64,000 bases of DNA from a virus (lineage: Duplodnaviria; Caudoviricetes): positions 69,340-133,339 of the IMG/VR virus record IMGVR_UViG_3300010163_000007. One strand, written 5' to 3'. Below the pieces are notes generated by a model. The model was not told where the DNA came from. It made no database searches and saw only the letters and a list, made by a program, of their open reading frames with translations. Within the stretch, counting starts at the first letter, position 1. Each line of letters opens with the position of its first letter. Positions 50,197 through 60,321 of this stretch are shown one piece after another. Position numbers and translations under genes: made by a program.

Positions 50197-51744
50197 ATGT
50201 ACAGAAAGTGCCGTTTATATGAGGGCTTTGATGCTAGGGAGCAGGAGCTCCAAGAAGAGGCGGATTTTGAATGCCTCATGAGAGAAGGGCGATCTCGCCT
50301 TGACATCGCGATTGATCAGTATTATGATCGACGGATGGAGAGGTACGAGGATCTAATACCAGAATGCCCGTCTATTTCTGGCATCGGGTATTATGAACCC
50401 GGGCCGAGAGTTGTCACCGTTCGTATTTGCGGTGGCAAGCGGCTGCCGTCGTCAGCACGATTAACCGCGAGCCGGCGCGAGGCCTTAGAAGAGAACGTCT
50501 CCAAGCTTCTCCATCGGCTAGAAACCCTCTATCGGGAAACTTGCAAAGAGATGCTGAAAATGCATCAGCAAGTCCTCGATTGGTATACATATCTAGGGCA
50601 TGGAGATCTTGTTTCTAAGCCGGTGATCCCGGCTTGGGCCGACATCATAAACCAAGGTGTTGGGCCCACTTATGGTACATCCAGCGTGAGTAGAATCACG
50701 AATGCCATATACTTCGGGGATATCCCTGAAGATTTCCAGGCAATTGAGAAAGGGATTCTGGATGCCATTGAGGCTACAAAGCCTCGTATTCGCGACTACA
50801 CCTCTCGTTATCATACCATGATGAGGTATGCGAGCAGGATTATAGGGAGAAAAGTCTGCTTAAATATGGCAGAATACCGCGAAACACAGAAGGAGTTTTC
50901 AGAACTGTTGCGGGCCGGAAGATTTGATGCTTTATACGGGATCAGCCAGCGGTGTAAAACCACAGCGTTCTATTATGACATTCCTAACGAGCGCACCCTA
51001 TTCTGGCTATTGTCAGCACTTCCATATATCTACAAAGCTGGCAATAACGTACTACCCGCGTATATTATCGAAAACTTTGTCATGTTCTCGTCACAGGAGC
51101 GAATGCTTCTTGACTTTGTGGAGACCAAAGGGTTCCCGCTCCGGCTCCATATTAAACCTCATCCTGAATCGACTAATATGATCCAGGAGATTGAAACGAT
51201 TGTCGAAGGGGCAGATAAGATTAAAGAGTACCCTATTATGTGGCAGGAGTTCATAGATGTCTGTAACCGGAAAACCAATCGTTCTGGTTGGAGATACTGC
51301 CAGACAGATCGGGTATTGATAATCCGCGAGGAGGTTGCCAATGCGTTGGACGCCATTCAAACTACCAATTCGATTGAGTTTGGATGCATGCCTGTCCCTG
51401 CTTCTGTACTGGAGCATGTCGCAGGTGTCATGACTGAGTCCTGTACGTATAATAGGACTATACACCTCAGGATTGGCACTATATCTCCCGCGGCGCTTCC
51501 GTACATATCCGCAACAGCACAACTTCTGACGAATATGTATTCGCATATTCATGCGCTGGCGATCAATAACGCAATTCCGCCAGACTACGTCAAGAGCCTT
51601 CCGGACAGAATGTTTCAACATATCTGTCTGGCCGTATCGCTCGAAGGCGAGTGCGGCATAGACGTCAAGTTGAAAGACGGACCCATGAGCTCGTCGATCC
51701 GGCATATAGTCGGAACCGCCGCGCGGAAAGTCAGAATAAGATAA
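50197..51744 (+). CDS. Hypothetical early protein (515 aa)
   Basis: Early motif at 50142-52; AAAGGAG RBS. Confidence 0.7.
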   Translation: MYRKCRLYEGFDAREQELQEEADFECLMREGRSRLDIAIDQYYDRRMERYEDLIPECPSISGIGYYEPGPRVVTVRICGGKRLPSSARLTASRREALEENVSKLLHRLETLYRETCKEMLKMHQQVLDWYTYLGHGDLVSKPVIPAWADIINQGVGPTYGTSSVSRITNAIYFGDIPEDFQAIEKGILDAIEATKPRIRDYTSRYHTMMRYASRIIGRKVCLNMAEYRETQKEFSELLRAGRFDALYGISQRCKTTAFYYDIPNERTLFWLLSALPYIYKAGNNVLPAYIIENFVMFSSQERMLLDFVETKGFPLRLHIKPHPESTNMIQEIETIVEGADKIKEYPIMWQEFIDVCNRKTNRSGWRYCQTDRVLIIREEVANALDAIQTTNSIEFGCMPVPASVLEHVAGVMTESCTYNRTIHLRIGTISPAALPYISATAQLLTNMYSHIHALAINNAIPPDYVKSLPDRMFQHICLAVSLEGECGIDVKLKDGPMSSSIRHIVGTAARKVRIR

Positions 51745-51780
51745 GAAAGAACCCCGGGTTTCCCCGGGGTTCTTTTTTTG

Positions 51781-52659
51781 TCACATAAACAAGTTCCAGT
51801 ATTCGGCAGCCACCATCTTTCGGAGAGGAATCCGAACCTCTGTTAGCATGCCATTCCCGCTAACGCTTTCGAGCATAAGGAAGTTCTTCTCTACCTTCAT
51901 CGAGCTGTAGTCGAGCTTAAAGGTATCGCAGAGTATATCGATCTGCTGACGGGATGTAGATTCAGACAGCAGGAAATCGCCGAACGCGGGATCCTTAGTG
52001 TAATCATAAGGGATTGCACACTCGCTCATTGTGTTTTTAAGATCAGTGGTAATTGGGAAAGTGTTAAGATGCTCGCTTCCATTTACCTTGTACGCAACCT
52101 TATGAGAGGGCCGGATCACACAATCGAAAGTTATCGGGGTATAGCCGGGCAACACATTGCCATTTTTATCAACCCCACCGATAGCTCTGCTCGATGCCAT
52201 GGCGGGATATCCGGTCAGAACACGATCCCGGACCATATCACCGTACCCACCTGACAGTGTAGTGCATTGACCCATCAGCAGGTTTCCGCTTACCCAATAT
52301 TTATCGATTGTCCAGCATGCATTCGGGGGATGAATGGTCATCTGCCGTTGGAGCTCGTTCATACCTTTTTCGATCAGCGGATGGCCGTACTCGCCGGTCC
52401 ATGTTTTCATCTTAATATCGTGCTGAATCAATGGGTTTTTGTCCAAGCCTCCAACCACGATGGGTTCGCTGTAATTACGTCCATTCCAGTTGCGGATCCC
52501 GAAATCCTGCAACACCTGGTTAAAGGTAAGGGTGAAAAGTTTACTGTTGCCTAGCTCAACAACATTTTCCCGAATAATTTCTCGGTGATTTAGTGATGTA
52601 TCCTCTCCGACCAGTGTCTGGTTCAAAATAAAATACGTTGGCATTTGTACCATAGCCAT
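51781..52659 (-). CDS. Prohead (head maturation) serine protease, T4 gp21/phiKZ gp175-like
   Basis: NWNGRNY, GEYGHP, ASSRAIG, ITFDCVIRPSH. Confidence 0.88.
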   Translation of the reverse strand: MAMVQMPTYFILNQTLVGEDTSLNHREIIRENVVELGNSKLFTLTFNQVLQDFGIRNWNGRNYSEPIVVGGLDKNPLIQHDIKMKTWTGEYGHPLIEKGMNELQRQMTIHPPNACWTIDKYWVSGNLLMGQCTTLSGGYGDMVRDRVLTGYPAMASSRAIGGVDKNGNVLPGYTPITFDCVIRPSHKVAYKVNGSEHLNTFPITTDLKNTMSECAIPYDYTKDPAFGDFLLSESTSRQQIDILCDTFKLDYSSMKVEKNFLMLESVSGNGMLTEVRIPLRKMVAAEYWNLFM

Positions 52660-52692
52660 CGGATTGCCTCCTTTATAAGTTGTGACGCCGCA

Positions 52693-52728
52693 TATAGATA
52701 TGTTTCCCATACCCTCGACATGAGTATA
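52693..52728. promoter_or_regulatory. Back-to-back late promoters
   Basis: AACA-TATC-TATA (minus, 52693-704) and GACA-TGAG-TATA (plus, 52717-28). Confidence 0.65.
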
Positions 52729-52753
52729 AATATGAAAATAAGGAGGCTAGAGG

Positions 52754-53881
52754 ATGGTTCGAAATGTTATATTGCTAGAATCTGTGGACGATGCATCACC
52801 TATCGATAATGCGGTCAAAAGTGTTAAAAAGATACTCGGCGTATGCAAACTTACGAAATATAAGTCCCAAGCACAGTGCGCAGAGTTTTTCTCTGTTTTT
52901 TTCCTCTGTAATGTCGCATCCACAGACTCTGATGTCACATTTGCCGACTGGTGCATGATTTACAATCGGCTACTGTCGGATGATCAGTTCTGCAATGATC
53001 TTTGTTCGTACATGGCAATGTATCAACCTCCGCAATATGTTGGGATGTGGAATCCCCTGATTCGTCTGATTGACAGTGAGCTCGCCCATATCAAGGAACA
53101 CAGAATCCGCTACCTCTCGGAAGCGAAGGCGTTTTTTAAAGCGATGCAGCAGGCATTCGATTCGATTGGCGAGACGATTAAGGCTCAGATTATTGATCCT
53201 AATGCACTGAAGTTCATTACTACAGTGAATGGTGTATTGTCCACGCATATTTATTACATTACCCGGCTAATTCAGCGAGAGATGGCAGAGACCGATCCGA
53301 GTGATATTACGATTGTCAATCGGGTTGTTCCGTTGGAAGAGGATATTACCGAGATCTTCTGGCTGCTGGAGCATGCGGATGAAGAGATTGAACGATACAT
53401 GGGCCCAATGAATGAAGCCATCCTATCTAAGGCTGCAATGGCGGCTAAGACAGCTAAAGTAAAGGCGGATAAAGCTGGTCGGGAATTCGACATGTTTGTG
53501 ATGAGGAAAGTTAAAGAGGCCAGAGAAAAGCGCCGGAATCGGAAGCATGCCGAAATGGTAGGCGAGGCTCTTCGAATCAACCGGGAGCTAAAGCGTTTGC
53601 TCTTCAGTCTTGGTATTGGAGCGTTAAATCCGGCTCTAGGTGTTATTAACTGGGTAGTATCCGTAGTGATTGACCGCAGGACAGATAAACGTGATCGGGA
53701 TATATTGGTTGAACAAATTAAAGACGAGCTAGAGATTGTAGATGAGAAGATCCAAGTCGCTGAGCGCAATGGGGATGATAAAGCGAAGATCGATTTGATT
53801 CGTATTCGCCAGCGGTTACAGAAAGAGTATGCTCGCATTCAGAAGTATAAATGGGATCCCGATCGAGGGAATAGGGGGTAG
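52754..53881 (+). CDS. Head-associated structural protein
   Basis: Head cluster position, late promoter, LxE/MxE sites, C-terminal coiled coil. Confidence 0.6.
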   Translation: MVRNVILLESVDDASPIDNAVKSVKKILGVCKLTKYKSQAQCAEFFSVFFLCNVASTDSDVTFADWCMIYNRLLSDDQFCNDLCSYMAMYQPPQYVGMWNPLIRLIDSELAHIKEHRIRYLSEAKAFFKAMQQAFDSIGETIKAQIIDPNALKFITTVNGVLSTHIYYITRLIQREMAETDPSDITIVNRVVPLEEDITEIFWLLEHADEEIERYMGPMNEAILSKAAMAAKTAKVKADKAGREFDMFVMRKVKEAREKRRNRKHAEMVGEALRINRELKRLLFSLGIGALNPALGVINWVVSVVIDRRTDKRDRDILVEQIKDELEIVDEKIQVAERNGDDKAKIDLIRIRQRLQKEYARIQKYKWDPDRGNRG

Positions 53882-53887
53882 CATACA

Positions 53888-54694
53888 ATGGCAATCTCTA
53901 ATATGTACCTGCAAATGTTGTTGGAAGCAAACGAAGCTGCAAAAGGCAAGAAGACTGGAACAGAAGATACCGACGCTGATGCCAAAGACGCTAAGGGAAC
54001 TGACCCTGAGAATGCTCCTGATGATGCAAACCCGGATGATGCCGATACAACTAAAGGCTCAGAAGAGGGAGACGAAGAGACTAACGATAATCAGAATCAA
54101 GATGATAATACAGATAATGAAGAGACCGATGAAAACAACGATGAGAATGAGGAGAATAAAGACGACAATCCTGATGAAAACAATGACGATACTGGGAGCG
54201 ATTTTTCGATGGATGATGACCCAGGATCTGATACTGACAATGAGCCGCCTCCGGACGGTTTAGTAGACCCTGACGATGACGGGTCATCCGATATGGGACA
54301 GGATGATACCGAAACGAACGTTCATACAAATATTCTGCAACTGTCTAAATTAGATCGAACGCTGGCTAAGCGGAAGTGCTATAGTAACTATATGGATCTT
54401 CGCACTTCAATCGGGACTGTTAAGCGAATCATTGAGGACAACGTAGCCAAAATTGACCCTGAGGTACGTACAGAAGTCACCGATAATCTGGATGACCTCT
54501 ATATGAAGATAACCGATTATATTACAATTAAGTTTCCCATTACCAACTACGAAGAGAATCTCCAAAATTATATGATCTTTGTCAAAGACATAGCGCTTTT
54601 GGTTGAGATGCTGAACCCGGCCAGTAAGACTGCCAAAGATGCTGCCCGTAAGAGAAAAGAGGCAGCCAAAAATGCTAAAAAAGAGGAGGATTAA
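53888..54694 (+). CDS. Acidic scaffold/core-like head protein
   Basis: D/E/N low-complexity N-terminal half, LLE site, directly upstream of the capsid gene. Confidence 0.6.
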   Translation: MAISNMYLQMLLEANEAAKGKKTGTEDTDADAKDAKGTDPENAPDDANPDDADTTKGSEEGDEETNDNQNQDDNTDNEETDENNDENEENKDDNPDENNDDTGSDFSMDDDPGSDTDNEPPPDGLVDPDDDGSSDMGQDDTETNVHTNILQLSKLDRTLAKRKCYSNYMDLRTSIGTVKRIIEDNVAKIDPEVRTEVTDNLDDLYMKITDYITIKFPITNYEENLQNYMIFVKDIALLVEMLNPASKTAKDAARKRKEAAKNAKKEED

Positions 54695-54807
54695 GGTAGC
54701 CCTCTTACGAACAGATATATAATGGACTTTTAAGAGGTCCAGGCGCCTGGGACACAATTTTACCATGCAAAACTTCTAATTTCTCTATGAAAGGAGCTGG
54801 AACGATA

Positions 54808-56481
54808 ATGAGCACTTTGTTTGGTGGTAAGGATAAGAGCCACGACATTCGTGACATTGTTGAACGGCTGAGTAAGGGCTCCGCGCCCATCTGCAACGAG
54901 GCAGTGGCTAACACTACCGTGTCTGCCACAGATATCTGTGCTATGGCCGACGACATCAAACAGGCGATGGTGGAGCACTACTCCCAGTACTTCCCCTCCG
55001 AAGACGGCCGTTATGACGCAATGCTGGCGGAGGACGCCGAGGATGCGGCGCAGATCTTCAAGAACAATCTGGTTACTGATCAGGAGACCCTGAGCGAGTC
55101 CGCCTCTCTGCCCTCCCTGGTCACACTGACGGCCAGTATCGCCACCACAATGCGCACTCCTTACGAGGCGGTACTGCACCGCATGTATGATACTAGAACT
55201 ATCGACAAGCAGACCGTGGATATCGAGGAGGTCATCCCGACTATCCGGGCCCCGGGCGATGAGTATGATGAGGACCTGGTCGACGCCCTCTCTCCCAATG
55301 CCGAGATCCCCTTCGTGGATAAGACTGAGATCGAGGTAGATACCCTGGTCAACGGCCTGGTTCCTGGCGCGGCCTGCAAGCAGAAGCCTCTGCTGGACGG
55401 CAAGAACCCGCTGTTCCGGATTAACCGGGATGTGCGTATTACCCGCATCGAGGCTACCGTGGATGGCGAAGTGATCCCGGCCAAGAACATTCGCATGATG
55501 AAGGGCTCCGTTCCCTACTTCGAGGCCAAGAACAATACCCTGAACTGCATGTTCGAGGTGAAGAAGGCTGACGGCACCGTCGTGGCTGCCGATGTCACTG
55601 CGAAGATTAACTTCGATACCTCCACCATGGTGTATCTGCGGGCCGACGACTGTGTGACCAAGGTGTACTTCTATGCCACCGTGTCCCACTCTGAGCACAC
55701 TCACCCCATTCACACGTCCTTCCGCAACGGCTTTGAGCAGTATTGTGTGCCCACCCGTCCGCATATCGAGGTAAGCCTTCCTCAGGAAATGCGGACTGAT
55801 ATTGCCAATGCCATTCACCACTTTGCGAACACGGATATCGTGACCGCAATGACGGAGAATATCACGGTTATCTCCAGCCGAATGGAAGACCAGCGGCTGA
55901 AGAAGGGCCTGGACGAGGCGCACATGTGGGAGGCCGAGTTCTCCTTCGAGGCTCCCGATAACTTCGCCTATGGTAACCTGGAGTGGATCCGCCGGGAGTT
56001 CATCCCCTTCTTGGACCAGATTGCACTGGCCATGAAGAACGATTGGAACATCACCGACTGCCATTTCCGAGTTGCGGTCTCTCCGTACATCCTGCGTATT
56101 CTGGATACCGATTATAGCATGGACAAGGGCATGACTGAGGAGAGCAAGGGCTCCGGCGTGATCAACTACAGCATCGGCTGCAAGACATCCACCGCCACCT
56201 TCTACTTCATCTCCAGCCAGTTCATGAACAACTCCACCCTGCATATGAACCTGATGCCCAACAACTTCAAGAACAGCCAGGTCAAGACCTACAACTACTT
56301 CCGGTATACCAGCTTCCTGACCGATCAGCTGCGGCGCTCCGACAACAGCGTACAGCCCGCCGTGGTTTACAGTGAGCGGAACCTGCCCATCGTATTCACG
56401 CCGCTGAGCGCAGTGATCAACATCACCAACATGCCGATTCAGAAGACCGATGGGCCTCGCTGGATTAAGCGAGTAGCCTAA
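54808..56481 (+). CDS. Major capsid protein
   Basis: Very strong codon bias, own late promoter (54710-21), next to protease and scaffold, LSE-S putative cleavage site, 557 aa. Confidence 0.75.
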   Translation: MSTLFGGKDKSHDIRDIVERLSKGSAPICNEAVANTTVSATDICAMADDIKQAMVEHYSQYFPSEDGRYDAMLAEDAEDAAQIFKNNLVTDQETLSESASLPSLVTLTASIATTMRTPYEAVLHRMYDTRTIDKQTVDIEEVIPTIRAPGDEYDEDLVDALSPNAEIPFVDKTEIEVDTLVNGLVPGAACKQKPLLDGKNPLFRINRDVRITRIEATVDGEVIPAKNIRMMKGSVPYFEAKNNTLNCMFEVKKADGTVVAADVTAKINFDTSTMVYLRADDCVTKVYFYATVSHSEHTHPIHTSFRNGFEQYCVPTRPHIEVSLPQEMRTDIANAIHHFANTDIVTAMTENITVISSRMEDQRLKKGLDEAHMWEAEFSFEAPDNFAYGNLEWIRREFIPFLDQIALAMKNDWNITDCHFRVAVSPYILRILDTDYSMDKGMTEESKGSGVINYSIGCKTSTATFYFISSQFMNNSTLHMNLMPNNFKNSQVKTYNYFRYTSFLTDQLRRSDNSVQPAVVYSERNLPIVFTPLSAVINITNMPIQKTDGPRWIKRVA

Positions 56482-56589
56482 CCCATTCAATCCAACACAT
56501 TCGCCCCTCCCTGGGATTTCCGGGGAGGGGCAGTTATTTGATAAAAGAAAACTGCATATATACTATAGAGGTGAAAGGAGGTCAGTAAC

Positions 56590-57258
56590 ATGGACGTATA
56601 TCACTACCTGCGAGCCCGTATTAAGGAAGTCACATACTCTGACGCGATTTCCAATACTGTACGAAAGGAGATAGAGGATGCATATCGAGACAATAGAATC
56701 AGTGGTACTGACTACGACAATTTAATGACGCTTCTGGATGAATGGATATGGGAGGAAGTTATGAACGTTCCAAGACGTATAAAATACCCCGAGAGCTTCG
56801 TAGAGGCTATAAACAAATACATTGATGATCAATATAGCGATGACATTACCATCCCGTTTGCAGCGAAGATGGCAGACTACGCTATAAAAGCTCTCCCTGA
56901 TTATCAACGCACGCTCATTACGGAGCGCTATGTCAAGGGCTACAGCCTCGACAAGATTGGTGCTCGTCATGGGATAGCCACGAGCACAGTCGGTCATGAA
57001 ATTCGGCAAGTTCTTGATGGGTTGGCCTTCAAATGGACGTTAACCTGTCATGCTAGTGGCACAAGTCTTATGTTTGTTCCGGGCATTCCGCCAAGAGCAC
57101 TTTACGCATTATTACGTGCCGACTTCAAAACGGTGAATGATGTGGAAGGCATGACCATCACTGAGTTGATGTGCGTGGATAGAATCGGAAAGCAATTGGC
57201 ATGTAAAACTTTGGCTGCGATTAAAAACTGCGGAGGCAGCAAATATATTATACCCTGA
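56590..57258 (+). CDS. Sigma70 region-4 HTH fused to RNAP alpha-CTD-like domain
   Basis: LPDYQRTLITERYVKGYSLDKIGARHGI; RALYALLRADFKTVNDVEGMTITELMCVDRIGKQ. Confidence 0.75.
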   Translation: MDVYHYLRARIKEVTYSDAISNTVRKEIEDAYRDNRISGTDYDNLMTLLDEWIWEEVMNVPRRIKYPESFVEAINKYIDDQYSDDITIPFAAKMADYAIKALPDYQRTLITERYVKGYSLDKIGARHGIATSTVGHEIRQVLDGLAFKWTLTCHASGTSLMFVPGIPPRALYALLRADFKTVNDVEGMTITELMCVDRIGKQLACKTLAAIKNCGGSKYIIP

Positions 57259-57303
57259 CGATCCTGAGGACAATGATGTAACAAATGAGTTGAGGTGAGG
57301 AAT

Positions 57304-57870
57304 ATGGCTAAAGAACTAATATACACACCAGATCATCTGATGGATAGTATAAACAGTCGACTTCCCAAATATATCTCGAAGATTTCAACTATAGAGGAGT
57401 TGAATCAGATACTCGATCTGGCATATGATACTGCGTCGCCCGCGACAAACGTCGAAGTACACCGCACAATATTTCAGATGCGTTATTTCGAGGGCAAAAC
57501 TACCAGCGAGATTGCAGAGGTGGTACATATACCCGCCAATCAACTACCTTCAAAGACGTGCAAATGGATTGGCAAGTTGGCGGAGTGCGCACGACAGCTG
57601 GCTCGGCGATATGGCAAATATACCTGTAAACGCTACGAGCTGCGCGAGATCCCGTACCTGGCGGAGAACCCGAAGCTTTTAAAGGAGCTTATGCTTAAGT
57701 ACCCGTATGAGGATTGCGATACCTTCTGCGAGAAGCTCAAATACCACGGTCTGCTCAGAGTCTATGGCATTGGCTGCAATGAGGCGGCAAACATCTGCCG
57801 GTCTCTGCAATCGATTGGCTATGGTGATACCTGCCTGGTCAGCAGCTATTTGAACCTCAATGCGGGTTAA
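57304..57870 (+). CDS. Sigma70 region-4 HTH plus HhH (alpha-CTD-like) paralog
   Basis: IFQMRYFEGKTTSEIAEVVHI; LLRVYGIGCNEAANI. Confidence 0.65.
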   Translation: MAKELIYTPDHLMDSINSRLPKYISKISTIEELNQILDLAYDTASPATNVEVHRTIFQMRYFEGKTTSEIAEVVHIPANQLPSKTCKWIGKLAECARQLARRYGKYTCKRYELREIPYLAENPKLLKELMLKYPYEDCDTFCEKLKYHGLLRVYGIGCNEAANICRSLQSIGYGDTCLVSSYLNLNAG

Positions 57871-57959
57871 CAGCGGAAAGAGAAGAAACAGGGCCCTTGC
57901 CGGTCCTGTTTCTTTTTTCTTGGAACATGAGTATAACGATTTTAAAGGGAGGTACCATC

Positions 57960-59195
57960 ATGATTCTTAGCGATGCTGTCAGATCGCTGATCGTCAAAAT
58001 GGACGTGTTTATGACGAAGCAGGGAACAGACGTGCAAGTTCGTAATGAGTTAATCGATATTATAAATTCTATCTCTGGCAAGAATTCCCTGGACGCTATA
58101 TTTGTCAATGAGACTGATAACTTCCATATCCCTGATGTGGTAGTAATGCCGCTCTATCATAACGCGTTCAATGCGTTTCTTCTGAATGCTGATGACGCGA
58201 ACACATGCCCGTTTGGGTATACAGTGGAAATTCATAAGCGTTGTTTTAGCGAATTTACGGCGGAAGAGTTAACTGCACTAGTCATTCATGACATTATGCA
58301 GAATGTACAATCTGATAGTGCAAAGATCCGATTTATCAAAGCATATACTAACGTGATCGGTAGATATCCTGTTGATGAAGTATTGGATCTGTTTGATGAC
58401 ATATCCAGCAGCGAAGTTCTCTATATGGCATTCGCCGATATCTGCACGCGCCCGTTCCATGTACCGGTGATCGAGTTCGATTATTTGGGTACTGATGAGG
58501 TGCTGCGGTCAATGGGATTGGCTGAGGCATATGAGTCGTACCTGGATAAAAGCCAGTATGAAACCAAGCGCTGGGTTAACCGCGATAGTTCGAATGCGTC
58601 GCCTGAGGCTAAAATTGAGGCTGAAACCAAGAATGACTATCGTACAATGAAAACGATCATCGCCGCGTGTATGGATAAGGATATTCGTCATTATTATACT
58701 ATGGTAAGAAATGCGATGCCCCTGGTCTGTTTAGGGCATGTGTTCGGTTCTTCGAGCAGTCTGACTGGGCTTGGGTTTGTCTCTCGATCCAGACGCAAAC
58801 CGTCTCCGTCCAGTACTCCTGTCATGACAGAATCGGTTATTTGCCCTAAGACTGAATTAGAGCTCAGATTCCAAGTAGACAAGATCATCACAGAGATACG
58901 GTATATGGAATCTGAGGCGGAACGTGAGATTATACTCTACAAGATCAAAACAACCAGTCTGAAGCTGCATAAGATGTTGGCGGACCTGCAAAAACGGTTT
59001 GAACACAACCCTGCAGATAAAGCAATGCGTAGGCGTATTGAGTATATTCAGAAGCTCTTAGAAGAATTGGAAAAACTTCGAGCGTCTACAGTTAACATGA
59101 ATGTAAAGCAAAAACGGTATGGCGTCTTCATTAGTTGGCCTAAGGGATATGAGGATTCTGGGCCAATTTTGGACGATTCGCTCTATCAATTGTAA
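57960..59195 (+). CDS. Virion head protein with degenerate zincin-like segment
   Basis: Late promoter at 57924-35; FTAEELTALVIHDI; C-terminal coiled coil and WPKGYED. Confidence 0.6.
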   Translation: MILSDAVRSLIVKMDVFMTKQGTDVQVRNELIDIINSISGKNSLDAIFVNETDNFHIPDVVVMPLYHNAFNAFLLNADDANTCPFGYTVEIHKRCFSEFTAEELTALVIHDIMQNVQSDSAKIRFIKAYTNVIGRYPVDEVLDLFDDISSSEVLYMAFADICTRPFHVPVIEFDYLGTDEVLRSMGLAEAYESYLDKSQYETKRWVNRDSSNASPEAKIEAETKNDYRTMKTIIAACMDKDIRHYYTMVRNAMPLVCLGHVFGSSSSLTGLGFVSRSRRKPSPSSTPVMTESVICPKTELELRFQVDKIITEIRYMESEAEREIILYKIKTTSLKLHKMLADLQKRFEHNPADKAMRRRIEYIQKLLEELEKLRASTVNMNVKQKRYGVFISWPKGYEDSGPILDDSLYQL

Positions 59196-59290
59196 AACCG
59201 GTTTTACCAACATAGCCAAGTATATATTATAACTACGGTACATCGAGCGCCGTAGATAAGAAATACATAGATAGAAAGGAGGCGATTTTG

Positions 59291-59545
59291 ATGTGCCATA
59301 GTTTCCTATTACCCCCAACCCATTTCAACAAGAAGATGCCCGCTTCCATTGTGTATGTAGGAGGCGGCGATGGAGACCATGAGACATGTGGTCTCGACGC
59401 AGTGGACAAAGAAGTGCTGGACAATACCATGCTGGCAGCCGCAGCACTTGTCTGCGGTGTTGTGTCGGCCGTGTTGCTCGGCCCCATTACGATTGCATGC
59501 TTTGCTGCCGCAATCGTGGCTCTCATCCCGGGAGGACCCCGGTAA
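59291..59545 (+). CDS. Small early membrane protein
   Basis: Early motif at 59221-31; AAGGAGG RBS; hydrophobic C-terminal hairpin. Confidence 0.55.
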   Translation: MCHSFLLPPTHFNKKMPASIVYVGGGDGDHETCGLDAVDKEVLDNTMLAAAALVCGVVSAVLLGPITIACFAAAIVALIPGGPR

Positions 59546-59589
59546 TAGACAATGAGAGGGCCCATTGGGCCCTCTCATGTTCTTTTTTG

Positions 59590-60321
59590 CTAAAACGCGA
59601 TAATATACCCAATCCATTGTTCAATCAGCATCTTCTTCTCTAATTGAACTGTGTAGATATAGATAGACGGTAGATTAGTTTCCTGCACGCTAACGAAAAA
59701 CTCATCGCATGCTCCTATACCGAGCATGGATTTGCATATCGGTATTTGTATCTTTTTGCCCCCGAGCAGAATTGGATAATATACAATCCTTGACGATTGC
59801 TTTGCTCTATCGTATAATCCATATCGTATTCCATCAAACGCAACGCCATAACCCCCAACCTTGATATAGTTGAGCAGTTTGTCATATGAATTTACCACCC
59901 GCTCGACTTCGGCCCACGCGGGGTTTACTGGATATCGAAGATTCAGCGTGGCAGTATGCAGCAATTCATCCTGCACAATAAAGTGCATTTTAATTGCCGC
60001 AGAGTCATCTTTTACAACGAAATCAAACTCTTCACGAACCTCCTTGACTTTGGCACTGCGCTTCTTTTTCTCCTTAAGCAGAAGCTCATGCCCCTCTTTA
60101 TATAGTGCTATAATTTCTGCCGGTTCGATGAGAAGTGTGCTGTCATATATTTCTCCGCAATAGTCTTCAGTGTCTGGGATATGCAGAACATAATGCATAC
60201 CAAAATCTGAGTCTTCCTCTACCGTATAGCATTGCGTAATCATACGGTTGTGCATTAGCAGAACTGGATATTTTGACCGTGCTGCACGTTTGACAAGGTT
60301 AATAAACGGTACTAATGTCAT
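59590..60321 (-). CDS. Hypothetical protein coupled to the DNA polymerase gene
   Basis: ATGA overlap with the polymerase gene. Confidence 0.7.
   Translation of the reverse strand: MTLVPFINLVKRAARSKYPVLLMHNRMITQCYTVEEDSDFGMHYVLHIPDTEDYCGEIYDSTLLIEPAEIIALYKEGHELLLKEKKKRSAKVKEVREEFDFVVKDDSAAIKMHFIVQDELLHTATLNLRYPVNPAWAEVERVVNSYDKLLNYIKVGGYGVAFDGIRYGLYDRAKQSSRIVYYPILLGGKKIQIPICKSMLGIGACDEFFVSVQETNLPSIYIYTVQLEKKMLIEQWIGYIIAF

Noticed and set aside
53950-54310. GAT/GAC/AAT-rich quasi-repeats
   Set aside because: Explained by the low-complexity acidic protein sequence; not a DNA repeat array.
54760-56490. 576-aa antisense ORF opposite the capsid gene
   Set aside because: Shadow ORF produced by strong codon bias; no RBS or promoter, and atypical composition.
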